Positions 1 to 9,411 of a stretch of DNA of 35,586 nucleotides are shown piece by piece. The notes beneath the pieces are model-generated. The model ran no database searches. It saw only the letters and a program-made list of their open reading frames with translations, and was not told where the DNA came from. The translations under genes were made by a program, and so were the position numbers. The stretch spans positions 1-35,586 of the forward strand of contig JBMFKQ010000016.1 of NCBI GenBank assembly GCA_049972095.1, in the 5' to 3' direction. The stretch is from Elusimicrobiales bacterium (GTDB lineage: Bacteria > Elusimicrobiota > Elusimicrobia > Elusimicrobiales > UBA9959). The stretch's first letter is position 1. Every line of letters begins with the position of its first letter.

Positions 1-627
1 TTTATGAATCGGCTTATCAACTTTTCTTTCACCTTCAAGGAGGGTAATTATGTTCAAATCAATATCAAAATATGAAAGTAAAGTATGGGTAGAAGGACTA
101 CCATATTTAACATGATTGGCAGTAGAATAATCGCCACCAAGCTGGCTTTCCAACTGAAATAATACAAAAGCAAGGTGGGGATAAACTTGTTTTAAAAGTG
201 TGAAATCAACTAAGATTCTTTTTAGCATCGCGTTTTCTGTATAGGCCTTGCATTCCATTGCAATCTTAAATTTTCCATCAACGTAAACATGAACATCTGT
301 CCTTAATGGATAATAAAAATCGTTGATGTGCTCTTTTATAAATTTTTTAACATCGGGGCTTTTTACTCTTTCAATGTATTCTTTTTTAATTGGGATTTTT
401 ACAGTTTCCTTATCAAGGGATAATCTTTTAGGGTTATTTCCTAACTCTTTCCATGCTATTTCAATTAAACTTTTCGCTAAACTTTCAACAAGCATTCCTT
501 TCCCGGCTCTTATTATTCCACCATAAGCACGGTCTTCTGATTCTCTTGCTCTTGTATCAATGCCTTTAACTAAAAACTCATAAGCATTGATAAGCAATTG
601 TAACTCTTTGGAAAGTTTCTTATTCAT
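1..627 (-). CDS. Putative type II restriction endonuclease (PD-(D/E)xK-like). It is partial: the C-terminus runs off the window start.
   Basis: Hand translation of the minus strand from the ATG at 625-627 gives 209 codons with no stop, reaching position 1 (MNKKLSKELQLLINAYEFLVKG...DVHVYVDGKFKIAMECKAY...). It is absent from the ORF track because no stop lies inside the window. Its start overlaps the last codons of the upstream methyltransferase by 8 nt, suggesting translational coupling. D...(E)CK resembles a PD-(D/E)xK catalytic motif. Family not recognised. Confidence 0.5.
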   Translation of the reverse strand, partial: MNKKLSKELQLLINAYEFLVKGIDTRARESEDRAYGGIIRAGKGMLVESLAKSLIEIAWKELGNNPKRLSLDKETVKIPIKKEYIERVKSPDVKKFIKEHINDFYYPLRTDVHVYVDGKFKIAMECKAYTENAMLKRILVDFTLLKQVYPHLAFVLFQLESQLGGDYSTANHVKYGSPSTHTLLSYFDIDLNIITLLEGERKVDKPIHK

Positions 628-1798
628 TTTGTCCGCCTCCAAATAAACTAATATTAACTTGAGTATCCTTAAGTCTTTCTTCAGCCTTTTTGCAATATTC
701 TTCTGAAATATCTATTCCTATATAATTCCGAAATAATCTTTTAGCCACTGCAGTAGTTGTGCCGACCCCATTGAAAGGATCAAGAACAATGTCACCTTTA
801 AAACTGAATAATTTTAATACTCTTTCAACCAATTGTTCTGGAAACATCGCCGGGTGCCCATATTTTTTCATATTATATTCTGGTGCAATATCCCATCTTG
901 CATAAACCCATTTTTTAAATTCATCGCCAGTTATATCAGCCATTTTCAAATTTCCTGGATGTTTTAAATCGCCCTTGCAAAAAATTTCAAGGAATTCCCA
1001 AGTATATTTTAAATATGGATTACTTGGACTCTTCCAACTACCCCAGGCGGTATATTTACAGTTATAGTTATGCTTATCCCATAAAATTTCACCCTTCCAG
1101 ATTAACTTATTTCTAATAAAAAAATTTGAAATTATATGATGAATAGGGATATAATCAGAGAATAGTGGTTGAACATTAACAATAATTCTTCCACCATATT
1201 TTAGAACTCTAATACATTCTTGGAATATAGCGAATAATTTGTTAAAGTAATCGTCCCATTTAATACCATCTTTATGGTTTTCATAATCAAGACCAAAATT
1301 ATATGGTGGAGAAGTAAAGATTAAATCAATACAATTGTCTGGAAATTTTTTTAAGATATCTTCGCTATCTCCAACAATTATTTTATTAATAAATTCCTCG
1401 GGAATTTTATTATTTTGTTTAGGAAATTTATGGTCTCTTGCATAGTAATACATACCTCTTATCATTTCTTTTTCTTCTCTGTTTTTTACCCTCCTTTCTT
1501 TGTTGTAGCCTACATATAATCTTTTTCTGCCTTTTAAGCCATAACTTTTTATTTTGTCAATGTTATAGAATATTAAATTTAATAGTTTAGCGGTATCAAT
1601 ATCAGAATTTTTTATTAGGGATTGAATATTTCTTTTAAAATCAAAAAAATCCAATTCTCTCAAATATACGACTACTCCACTACCAGTTAATTGAAAACAA
1701 ATATCCTCTTTTGGATACGAGGAAAATAATCTCTGAAGCACAGATAAAGTCTGATTTGTAATTTCGCCTTCTATTTTTATGGAAATGTATTCTGTCAT
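620..1798 (-). CDS. DNA methyltransferase, beta-class N4-cytosine/N6-adenine (N6_N4_Mtase family)
   Basis: Motif IV 'FTSPPY' sits near residue 155 and motif I 'DPFNGVGTTTAVA...IGIDIS' near the C-terminus. That is the IV-before-I order typical of beta-class amino-MTases such as M.PvuII and M.RsrI. There is an N-terminal extension of about 120 aa of unknown function. Stop codon is TAA. Confidence 0.85.
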   Translation of the reverse strand: MTEYISIKIEGEITNQTLSVLQRLFSSYPKEDICFQLTGSGVVVYLRELDFFDFKRNIQSLIKNSDIDTAKLLNLIFYNIDKIKSYGLKGRKRLYVGYNKERRVKNREEKEMIRGMYYYARDHKFPKQNNKIPEEFINKIIVGDSEDILKKFPDNCIDLIFTSPPYNFGLDYENHKDGIKWDDYFNKLFAIFQECIRVLKYGGRIIVNVQPLFSDYIPIHHIISNFFIRNKLIWKGEILWDKHNYNCKYTAWGSWKSPSNPYLKYTWEFLEIFCKGDLKHPGNLKMADITGDEFKKWVYARWDIAPEYNMKKYGHPAMFPEQLVERVLKLFSFKGDIVLDPFNGVGTTTAVAKRLFRNYIGIDISEEYCKKAEERLKDTQVNISLFGGGQNE

Positions 1799-2070
1799 AT
1801 CACTCTACCCTCATTACAATAACTCTTTAATTGTTCTAACCCTGCCTTTCTTTGAGGTCTTTTTACTTCAAAGATTATGTATGGATGGCTTAGGTCTTCT
1901 TGAAGGACAACCACATCTGCTAAACCAGAATCTCTTGAGCCAAAATAAACCATCCTTTCAACATCTATTCCTTCCTTCGGATAGCCATATTCATTTAATA
2001 ACCTGTAAACCCAAGGTTGCCTTACAATTTCTTCAAGCTTTGCAACTTTACATGAAAAGAGATAAACCAT
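1795..2070 (-). CDS. Small HsdR_N-like PD-(D/E)xK nuclease-fold protein (91 aa), first gene of the RM operon
   Basis: 'GLADVVVLQEDLSHPYIIFEVKRPQ' matches the D...(D/E)xK core pattern seen in the type I HsdR N-terminal domain family. A 4-bp ATGA overlap joins it to the methyltransferase start. An in-frame TGA lies immediately upstream of the ATG. It is short for the family, so it may be an N-terminally eroded remnant. Confidence 0.45.
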   Translation of the reverse strand: MVYLFSCKVAKLEEIVRQPWVYRLLNEYGYPKEGIDVERMVYFGSRDSGLADVVVLQEDLSHPYIIFEVKRPQRKAGLEQLKSYCNEGRVI

Positions 2071-2396
2071 GTTTCACATCTTGTGCCAAAAAAATTTCAC
2101 TATTTTTGATGAATAATTTTTTGGTATATTAACCTCCTTGTTTATATTATACATCTTCTTTGCCTTCTCACATCTCAAATAGTATTGGCTGTGCCGCTTC
2201 TTCCCCAGTTCTTAGCTTATTTATCACCTCTACAATCTAAAATGGATAATGAGCTGGCTTTTCAACTGGATTTAGTTTTCCATCTTCATCGTATTTCCCG
2301 AGTCAGACAAGTTCAGTTTTGTTTATATTTATTTTAGGCATTCTTTACCTCAAACCTTTAAGTTTTTTAAACGCCAAATCTGACACATAACATTTG

Positions 2397-2963
2397 TTAT
2401 TTAATCTTTAAAATATAATAAATAAATCTTCCTTTGCCTCTTCTTTCTAACAACCCTAAATCAATCAATCGATTCAAGTATCTATTGGAAGTGTCCCTGG
2501 TTACATTAAACATTTTCTGGACTTCTCCGCTTGTAATTTTTTTATTAGATATAATATGCTTGATAATTGTTAGCTCTTGGTCTGTTAAGTTTAATGAAGA
2601 AAGGTATTCTTCTGTCAGTTTAGATTTCCTTAAAGTCACAACCATGCTCGTTCCAGTAAATTCAAAATCAGGCTCTGGCAGTCCCCATTCTTTACACCAC
2701 TCAATTATCTTGTTTGTCCCTGTGCCAACCTCCTCTATGTATTTAATCCAGAAAAATGCCTTGGCTATTAAAGGATTAAATGGCCTTGATTCGTGCTTTT
2801 GTTTTAGTTTTTCAACAGTCCATCCTTCTGGCAATCGTCCTGGATTCCAGAACTCTATTCTGTCATCAAATATTCTTATCTGAACCTTTGAGGTTAAACG
2901 ATAATCCCGATGACAAATAGCATTTACAAGCGCTTCTCTTACTGCCTTTGGTGGATATTCCAA
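2397..2963 (-). pseudogene. C-terminal fragment (HATPase_c_4 + winged HTH) of an AlbA_2/Schlafen-like 'ATP-dependent DNA helicase RecG-like' regulator. The N-terminal AlbA_2 domain is missing or decayed.
   Basis: The protein starts directly at the HATPase_c_4 signature 'PPKAVREALVNAICHRDY', using a TTG alternative start. Full-length family members are about 450-500 aa with an N-terminal AlbA_2 domain. An in-frame TAG lies at 2994-2996. The region 2964-3250 contains only short broken reading frames. Confidence 0.55.
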
Positions 2964-3253
2964 TTTTTCCTGTCTTTGAATCTTTCCAATCTTCTATCCA
3001 GGAAGTTAAAGAAATATTATTAAAGATAAATTTTTCTGCTTCTTTTACCTACTTAATTAAGTTCCCACCTACATCTTTCATATCAATTATTATTTCTGTT
3101 ACATCTGTCCCTTTAAACCTCACACATTTTACCTCTGCCTGAATAAAAAATTTTTGCTGATGATTCTATTTGTAAAGTCTTCTACTGTAACTTTACCAAT
3201 ATCCACACCATATCTTCTAAAAACTTATTCCTTCAAAAACTTAATAACATCTT

Positions 3254-4126
3254 TTAGACCTTTTTCTTTTCTCTTATAACATCAATAGCCTTTTCAAAAT
3301 CCTTTTCATCAATAAATATCCCAGTCGCTGTTGTCTTACAATATGCATGCTCAATGGGTGTGTCAGGGAATATATATGTTCCCCTTTTAACTCCCTTTGG
3401 ATCCCTCTCAATTCCAAGCCACATCAACCATACTTTAAGATTCGAAAAATCATTTTCAATAAGCTCAGGACCTGCTTTTATTATCTTTTCATAGCTTCCA
3501 AAACCATCAAGCACACAGGCAGAATGAAAACCACAGTTTTTGGCTGCGATTATATCTTTTTCAGTATCACCAATTACATAAACCTGATGTGGTTTTATAT
3601 CACAATTAGTTATCTTTGAGGCGCTTTTAACGGCTTTTAAAAGCATCTTCTCCCTTTTTACATCTTGGCCACCAAAGCCCCCAAAAAGAAAATAGCAAGA
3701 AAGATTTGAAGGACCAAGCTTTATATATGCACCTTCCCTCAGATTTCCTGTAGCAAGGCCTATGAAGATATTCTCTTTTTTTGAAAGAACAGTAAGAAAA
3801 CTATCAACCCCTTTTATCTTTATATATTTCCCCTCCTTAAGAGATCTTTCTATCTCCCCCGGAAGATGTTTTATATAAAGGGAGGAAATTTTTTTAAACT
3901 CCTTCTTTGATGGTTTTCGCCCAAAAGCATAGAAAAAAGCATTTTCAAAATTAACCCTGTCAGTTTCTCCTTGAAGCTCAAAATATCTACATACATCAGA
4001 TTTTCCCCCCATATCAACAATTGCAGCATTCAATGCCCTCATCCCAGCTCCACCAGCTTTTATAAGAGTGCCATCTATATCAAAAAGAATAATCCTTATA
4101 TCTTTATTAAAAACTTTTTTTTGCAT
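3254..4126 (-). CDS. HAD-superfamily hydrolase
   Basis: Motif I 'ILFDIDGTLI' (DxDGT) and motif IV 'GDTEKDIIAAKNCG'. About 290 aa with a C-terminal extension. Confidence 0.75.
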   Translation of the reverse strand: MQKKVFNKDIRIILFDIDGTLIKAGGAGMRALNAAIVDMGGKSDVCRYFELQGETDRVNFENAFFYAFGRKPSKKEFKKISSLYIKHLPGEIERSLKEGKYIKIKGVDSFLTVLSKKENIFIGLATGNLREGAYIKLGPSNLSCYFLFGGFGGQDVKREKMLLKAVKSASKITNCDIKPHQVYVIGDTEKDIIAAKNCGFHSACVLDGFGSYEKIIKAGPELIENDFSNLKVWLMWLGIERDPKGVKRGTYIFPDTPIEHAYCKTTATGIFIDEKDFEKAIDVIREKKKV

Positions 4127-5360
4127 AAACTACCTTCCCTTTTTTTATTGTCATCCAGTTTATATTTGCACCAAAGTAATAACCAAGCTCTCTGTAATCA
4201 GAAGCATCAATAACGATAATATCCGCCTGCATCCCTTCATCAATCATACCACACCTCTCACCAAGACCAAGAGAGCATGCTGCGTTGTATGTTGAAGCAA
4301 CAATTGCCTGCTCAATACTCATCCTCATCTTAATAACAGCAAGATTTATCACAAACTGCATATTCCAACAAGGTGAGGTTCCTGGGTTAAAGTCAGTTGC
4401 AAGAACAACAGCACAGCCATTTTCTATGAATTTCAAAGCATCAGGGTATCTGTTCACACCAAGAAAATAGTTTGATGCTGGAAGAAAAACTGCAGCAACC
4501 TTTTTATCAGCAAGACGCCTGATATAGTGCTCATCGGCAAAATCAAGATGATCTGCAGTTGCCGCACAAACTTGCGCGGCAACAAGACTTCCACCAGATT
4601 TTGAAAGCTGATCAGCATGAACTTTTGGGATAAGACCAAATTTCTTTGCATAGTTAAGATAATCTTTTGCCTGTCTTGGACTAAAATATCCCTTCTCACA
4701 AAATATATCAACAAAAACCGCGAGTTTTTTTTCAGAGATATAAGGGATCATTCTCGTTTTAAGAAGTTCAAGATACTCATCAGAGCTCATACCTTGAGGT
4801 ATTGAATGAGCACCAAGAAATGTAGGTATCATCTCAAGATCAGTTTTATTCAAAGCAGTTTTGATAACCTTAAGTATCTTTATCTCATTTTCAAAATCAA
4901 GTCCGTAGCCACTTTTTACTTCAATAGTGGTAGTGCCACATTCAATAAAACAATTAGAGAATTTAATAAGTTTATCAACAAGTTCATTAAAGCTTGTCTC
5001 TTTTATATGCTTTGCACTCAAGTTTATTCCTCCACCCCTTTTTTTTATCTCAGAATAACTCAAACCTGAGATCCTCATCTGAAAATCATCAAGGCGTGGT
5101 TTTGCAAAAACACTGTGAGTGTGACAATCAATAAATGCAGGCATTACAACCCTTTTTCCAACATCTATCTCTTTTACATCTCTCATTTTTAAGGCATTTT
5201 TTACATCATTCTTCTTACCAAATTTTCTGATAGTTTCCCCTTCAATATAAAGACAAGCATCTTCAACAACACAAATCTCTCCAAGCTCCTTTCCTTTTCT
5301 ATATCCTTTTCTACCCTTAAGAGTTAAAAGCTGTGATATGTTTGTAATTAGAAGAGCCAT
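4107..5360 (-). CDS. hutI: Imidazolonepropionase-like amidohydrolase (HutI family)
   Basis: 'AFIDCHTHSVF' is the metal-binding HxH with the HutI-typical IDCHTH. 'KVHADQLS' and 'TDFNPGTSP' match the HutI core. 417 aa. No hutH or hutU in the window. Confidence 0.6.
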   Translation of the reverse strand: MALLITNISQLLTLKGRKGYRKGKELGEICVVEDACLYIEGETIRKFGKKNDVKNALKMRDVKEIDVGKRVVMPAFIDCHTHSVFAKPRLDDFQMRISGLSYSEIKKRGGGINLSAKHIKETSFNELVDKLIKFSNCFIECGTTTIEVKSGYGLDFENEIKILKVIKTALNKTDLEMIPTFLGAHSIPQGMSSDEYLELLKTRMIPYISEKKLAVFVDIFCEKGYFSPRQAKDYLNYAKKFGLIPKVHADQLSKSGGSLVAAQVCAATADHLDFADEHYIRRLADKKVAAVFLPASNYFLGVNRYPDALKFIENGCAVVLATDFNPGTSPCWNMQFVINLAVIKMRMSIEQAIVASTYNAACSLGLGERCGMIDEGMQADIIVIDASDYRELGYYFGANINWMTIKKGKVVYAKKSF

Positions 5361-5361
5361 T

Positions 5362-6219
5362 CTAACCCCATAGAATAGCAGATATGAAAATCAAACCAAA
5401 GAAAAGTATAAACTTTGCAGATTCTCTATTAAGAGCTGAATATTCTTGCCTTTTAAGAAGTGTAAAAATTCTGATACTTAAAGGTATACAAATAAAAAAA
5501 GCAAATGTGGCATAAGAGAGGTTTAAAATCCATAATGCAACGATGTATGAAAGGATGTGAAGAAGGATATATAAAATTTCTGACTTCTTTATTCCAAAAA
5601 CATCAACAATTGTTTTTATCCCACTTTTTTTATCAGACGAATAATCCCTAATGTTGTTTGAAAGAAGAAGGTTTACTATAAGAAAAGCAGTGGGAAGAGA
5701 ATAAATCACTGATTCCATAATAAACCTTTTTGCAAATATCATAACAGAACCACTAACAATCAAAGGACCAAAGCATAAGAATATAACCAGTTCTCCAATT
5801 GCCTTATATTTTAGTGAAAATGGGTTTGCAGTATATGCAACTGTAAGAGCAACACCGACCACACCAATTATCAAAAAGCTATAAAGTGAATATTTAAAAA
5901 CAAGATAGATTCCTAAAACACAACCTATTGCAAGTAATAACCAAGCAAGTTTTATGACTGTTGAGGGTTTTACAAGATTTTTAACTATTCCTATATCATC
6001 AGCATCATCCTTATCAATACCATTTACAAAATCATAATATGTATTTATAAGATTACCAGAGGTGTGTATTAAAAGACCAGCCACAAATATAACTAAAAAA
6101 TCATAGAAATTAAACCATCCTCTTTTATACGAGTAAGCAGCAGCAATGCTAATAGGAGCTATTGAGGCAGGCCATGCATATCCTCTCAGCACTACAAACC
6201 ACCTCATAAGGATATTCAT
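5362..6219 (-). CDS. menA: UbiA-family prenyltransferase, probably 1,4-dihydroxy-2-naphthoate polyprenyltransferase (MenA)
   Basis: Multi-TM protein with the 'NLINTYYDFVNGIDKDDADD' Asp-rich motif. Immediately downstream of a polyprenyl diphosphate synthase. Confidence 0.6.
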   Translation of the reverse strand: MNILMRWFVVLRGYAWPASIAPISIAAAYSYKRGWFNFYDFLVIFVAGLLIHTSGNLINTYYDFVNGIDKDDADDIGIVKNLVKPSTVIKLAWLLLAIGCVLGIYLVFKYSLYSFLIIGVVGVALTVAYTANPFSLKYKAIGELVIFLCFGPLIVSGSVMIFAKRFIMESVIYSLPTAFLIVNLLLSNNIRDYSSDKKSGIKTIVDVFGIKKSEILYILLHILSYIVALWILNLSYATFAFFICIPLSIRIFTLLKRQEYSALNRESAKFILFFGLIFISAILWG

Positions 6220-6224
6220 ATCTA

Positions 6225-7157
6225 TTAAAACCTCCTTTGAGCAACAGAGTAAAGATAGTTGTAGAACTCACTTGATCTCTCTAAGCTTCCAATCTTCACA
6301 ACATCATCTTTTATATCCTCAACCAGCTTTTTTGCCTTTTGTCTGGATAACTCTATAAAACCATTCTCAGTAAGAAAACTTCTAATATCCATAAGCATCT
6401 TTAAATCCCTTGATTTGATATAATCATCAACCATCTTTTTAAAATCATTATTTCTCATCCCAATTATCACGGGATATGTCATCTTGCCATTAGAAAGATC
6501 TTGCATGGTATTCTTCCCTGCCAAGGTAGGTTCTCCTTCTATATCAATAACATCATCTATTATCTGAAAGCTCAGACCAAAATTTCTTGAGATTCTATCA
6601 AAAGAAGAAAAATTATTAAATTTAGACAGATAAGCCACAGTTATGGATATCCATCTAAAAATTGCAGAGGTTTTTCTAAAAGCAATATCCTCGTAATCAC
6701 TTTCGCTTACAATTGAAAATCTAACATTTTGTTCAAACAAAGCTCCCTCGCTCATCAACTTTACACAATCAACAAGAGAAAAACATACCTCTTGAGAAAG
6801 TGATTTTGCTCTGTTAAAAGCAAAAGAAACTATCATATCCCCAACAAGTATCGCCTTTGAAACCCCAAACATACTATTTAGTGTTGGACCCTTTCTTCTT
6901 AAATCCGCATTATCAATACAGTCATCATGTATGAGAGATGCCAGATGAACAATCTCGGCGGCACTTGCAACCTTAATTGCTTTTTTTAGATCAAGCCCTG
7001 TTAGCCTTGAAAGATAATAACAGTATAAACTCCTAACACCTTTGCCAATAGGATTTGCAAAAAAAGGAATTCTAAAATCAAAAAATCTTTTATCAACCTT
7101 TTCAAACTCAGATTTTATATCATCCCTTACGGCAAGAAGAAACTCATTTGAGTTCAT
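6225..7157 (-). CDS. Trans-polyprenyl diphosphate synthase (hepta/octaprenyl type)
   Basis: First DDxxD 'LIHDDCIDNADLRRKGPT' and second DDxxD 'FQIIDDVIDIEG'. 4-nt overlap with the upstream gene. Confidence 0.85.
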   Translation of the reverse strand: MNSNEFLLAVRDDIKSEFEKVDKRFFDFRIPFFANPIGKGVRSLYCYYLSRLTGLDLKKAIKVASAAEIVHLASLIHDDCIDNADLRRKGPTLNSMFGVSKAILVGDMIVSFAFNRAKSLSQEVCFSLVDCVKLMSEGALFEQNVRFSIVSESDYEDIAFRKTSAIFRWISITVAYLSKFNNFSSFDRISRNFGLSFQIIDDVIDIEGEPTLAGKNTMQDLSNGKMTYPVIIGMRNNDFKKMVDDYIKSRDLKMLMDIRSFLTENGFIELSRQKAKKLVEDIKDDVVKIGSLERSSEFYNYLYSVAQRRF

Positions 7158-8908
7158 ATTTTTATCTTTTTAGTTATTTCATCTTCAATCTTCTGCTTTA
7201 TTCTTTCCACACTATTAATCCCAAGATTGATTTTATTAAGTATCTTATCTTGCTCTTTTTTTAGAACTAAATCTAAATCCTCAATCCTTTTTGATATCTC
7301 TAAGTTTATTCTTTCTTCAATGTTTGAGCTCAAAGAATCTAACTCCTTTCTAAAGTTTTCCTCAAGCTGCTTTGATATTAGATTTGAAACATCACTTTTT
7401 ATAATCAAGGATGGCTTTGATATATCACCCCTCACAATAAAATCAACATTAAAATCTTTAAGTCCAAGAAGGGTTTTCTCTATAACTGTATCTATCTTTT
7501 TATTAGATGTGATTAGAATATTCGCTGAAGAATCTACCTCATAAAATCTGAATTTAAATGGAAGATTTATATCATTGGATGTAAATAAACCACTTGATAC
7601 CACATCAGCACTTGCAGATTTTATAAGATACTCAAGGTTTTTATGCCCAAGCTTTAGATTAGATATCTTTATACCTGTATATTTAAAATCAAGACTACCT
7701 TTCAATACATCTGATGAAACATCAATCTTTGAAGTAAACTTTAAACATGAGCCATCTTTTGAGCCTGAGAGATTAAGAATAACAGGCTTTTTGTATATAT
7801 GAGGGTTATTAGATATGTTTTCAATGCTTGCTGAAAAAACTATTGGATTTTCAGGGGAAAGAACTCCACTAACATATGCTTTTATGAGAAGAAAAGAAGG
7901 GTATGAGTTATCAAGGGGAAAAGATATATATCTTCCTCTCTTTCTTTTTTCTTCAAAAATTCTATCCTTTGTTTTCTTAGGTATGTGTTTTTTTATCTCA
8001 GAGATTTTTTCAAAATAGACTGAATATGTCTTATATCTTTCAATAAAAACCTTTCCGAAAAGTATCTTTGCAACACTCTCTGTATCAAATGAGGGAATCT
8101 TTGCAAGCCTTATAATCCTTTCAACATCTTTTTTCTTTGCATTGTTTATCTCAGCGTAGAGATTTTTTGTCTGTTTAAATATATCATTAACATTTTTTTG
8201 TTTGTCCTTTAACTCTCTGTAGAGATCATCTATGTCTTTTTTTAGCTTTGAAGCAAGATTCATTTGTCTAATAAAATTCTTCTCATCCTTTAGTTTTCTC
8301 AACCCCTCCTCAAAGATTTCTATTCTCTCATCAAGATTAAAAGAGGAGACATCAGAGTAAATCTTTTTATACTCTTCCATTCTGTTTTTCTTTATATCAT
8401 CTAAAACCTTTATAGTCTCAAGATTGCTAATCTCAAAATTGAACCTTTCAATACCTTCTCTCTTTATATCAGAAAACCTTTCAACAGCAAAATCCTCAAC
8501 CATATTTGCATACTTATCAATATAAGGGCTAAAAAAGGATGGTGTTTTTTTTATTCTTGCTGATGTTTTTCTTTTTCCATTAAAAAGCAACCCCTTTACC
8601 TCTGCGTTTTCAATAATAAATTTCCTCCTAAAAAGCTGTGATGGTTTTATTTCAAAATTTAGCTCATCAAACTCAAAAAGATTTCTAAACTCATCCTTCA
8701 AGCTTCCAACAGAAACCTTTTTCATTCTAAAGCTTCCTTTCAAAAATGAAGTTTTAAGATCAGCTATCTCTACCTTTGACCCAAACACTGACTCAAGGCT
8801 TTTAATAAGGAAAATTTTAAGAAGTTTATCAAAAAAGAAATAAAAAAACACATAAACAATAACAATAAAAACAAGCCTTGGTATGATATAGCTCCATCTC
8901 ATAATCAA
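7154..8908 (-). CDS. Hypothetical membrane-anchored protein, 584 aa: N-terminal TM helix, long Lys/Glu-rich coiled-coil middle, beta-rich C-terminus
   Basis: Long ORF with coding-like composition. Hydrophobic N-terminus 'IIPRLVFIVIVYVFFYFFF'. No recognisable catalytic motif. Confidence 0.6.
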   Translation of the reverse strand: MIMRWSYIIPRLVFIVIVYVFFYFFFDKLLKIFLIKSLESVFGSKVEIADLKTSFLKGSFRMKKVSVGSLKDEFRNLFEFDELNFEIKPSQLFRRKFIIENAEVKGLLFNGKRKTSARIKKTPSFFSPYIDKYANMVEDFAVERFSDIKREGIERFNFEISNLETIKVLDDIKKNRMEEYKKIYSDVSSFNLDERIEIFEEGLRKLKDEKNFIRQMNLASKLKKDIDDLYRELKDKQKNVNDIFKQTKNLYAEINNAKKKDVERIIRLAKIPSFDTESVAKILFGKVFIERYKTYSVYFEKISEIKKHIPKKTKDRIFEEKRKRGRYISFPLDNSYPSFLLIKAYVSGVLSPENPIVFSASIENISNNPHIYKKPVILNLSGSKDGSCLKFTSKIDVSSDVLKGSLDFKYTGIKISNLKLGHKNLEYLIKSASADVVSSGLFTSNDINLPFKFRFYEVDSSANILITSNKKIDTVIEKTLLGLKDFNVDFIVRGDISKPSLIIKSDVSNLISKQLEENFRKELDSLSSNIEERINLEISKRIEDLDLVLKKEQDKILNKINLGINSVERIKQKIEDEITKKIKI

Positions 8909-9411
8909 TCTTTAAAATACCACTCAAACAACCAACTCAGCCTAAGCAGTCTAATAACTCTCATTTGAGAAATTTTTTTTCCTAAATCAAGCAGGTATCT
9001 TTCAGCAATTTTCTTGAAAAAATAATAAATGGGATAAAACACAATCAAACCTAAAAAAACACCACCAATAACAACTGTGTTATTAAAATCAGTCCATGGG
9101 ATTATAACTGTGTTATAAAGCTGTCTAAATAACGGATAAAGCCAATTTGATGTTAGTATGCAGTATCCAACGGGATCTGTTATTTTGTCTACTAAAAATG
9201 AAATGGATGAAAAAAAAATGGTTGATATAAAGAAGAAGGGAATATTTGTCTTAAAAACAAAAGCAAGTATAAATAGAAGATGAGCAGTTAGGTTATTTTT
9301 AGGTATTATTCCAAGGATAAATCCAAATGCAGCGGCAGCACCAATAGCACCAGGACTTTTCTCTTTGAGAAGAGCATTTATAAAGTTTCTTAAAATAAAA
9401 AAAGGTGTCAT
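8905..9411 (-). CDS. DUF2062-like small integral membrane protein
   Basis: 'LKEKSPGAIGAAAAFGFILGIIP...' resembles the DUF2062 N-terminus. Three or four TM helices. 4-nt overlap with neighbours. Confidence 0.5.
   Translation of the reverse strand: MTPFFILRNFINALLKEKSPGAIGAAAAFGFILGIIPKNNLTAHLLFILAFVFKTNIPFFFISTIFFSSISFLVDKITDPVGYCILTSNWLYPLFRQLYNTVIIPWTDFNNTVVIGGVFLGLIVFYPIYYFFKKIAERYLLDLGKKISQMRVIRLLRLSWLFEWYFKD

Noticed and set aside
323-526. 67-aa plus-strand ORF
   Set aside because: It lies antisense inside the 209-codon open frame of the putative restriction endonuclease. It has low-complexity hydrophobic composition and no RBS.
1779-2132. 117-aa plus-strand ORF overlapping the HsdR_N-like gene
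   Set aside because: It is antisense to a motif-bearing ORF that is translationally coupled to the methyltransferase. Likely spurious.
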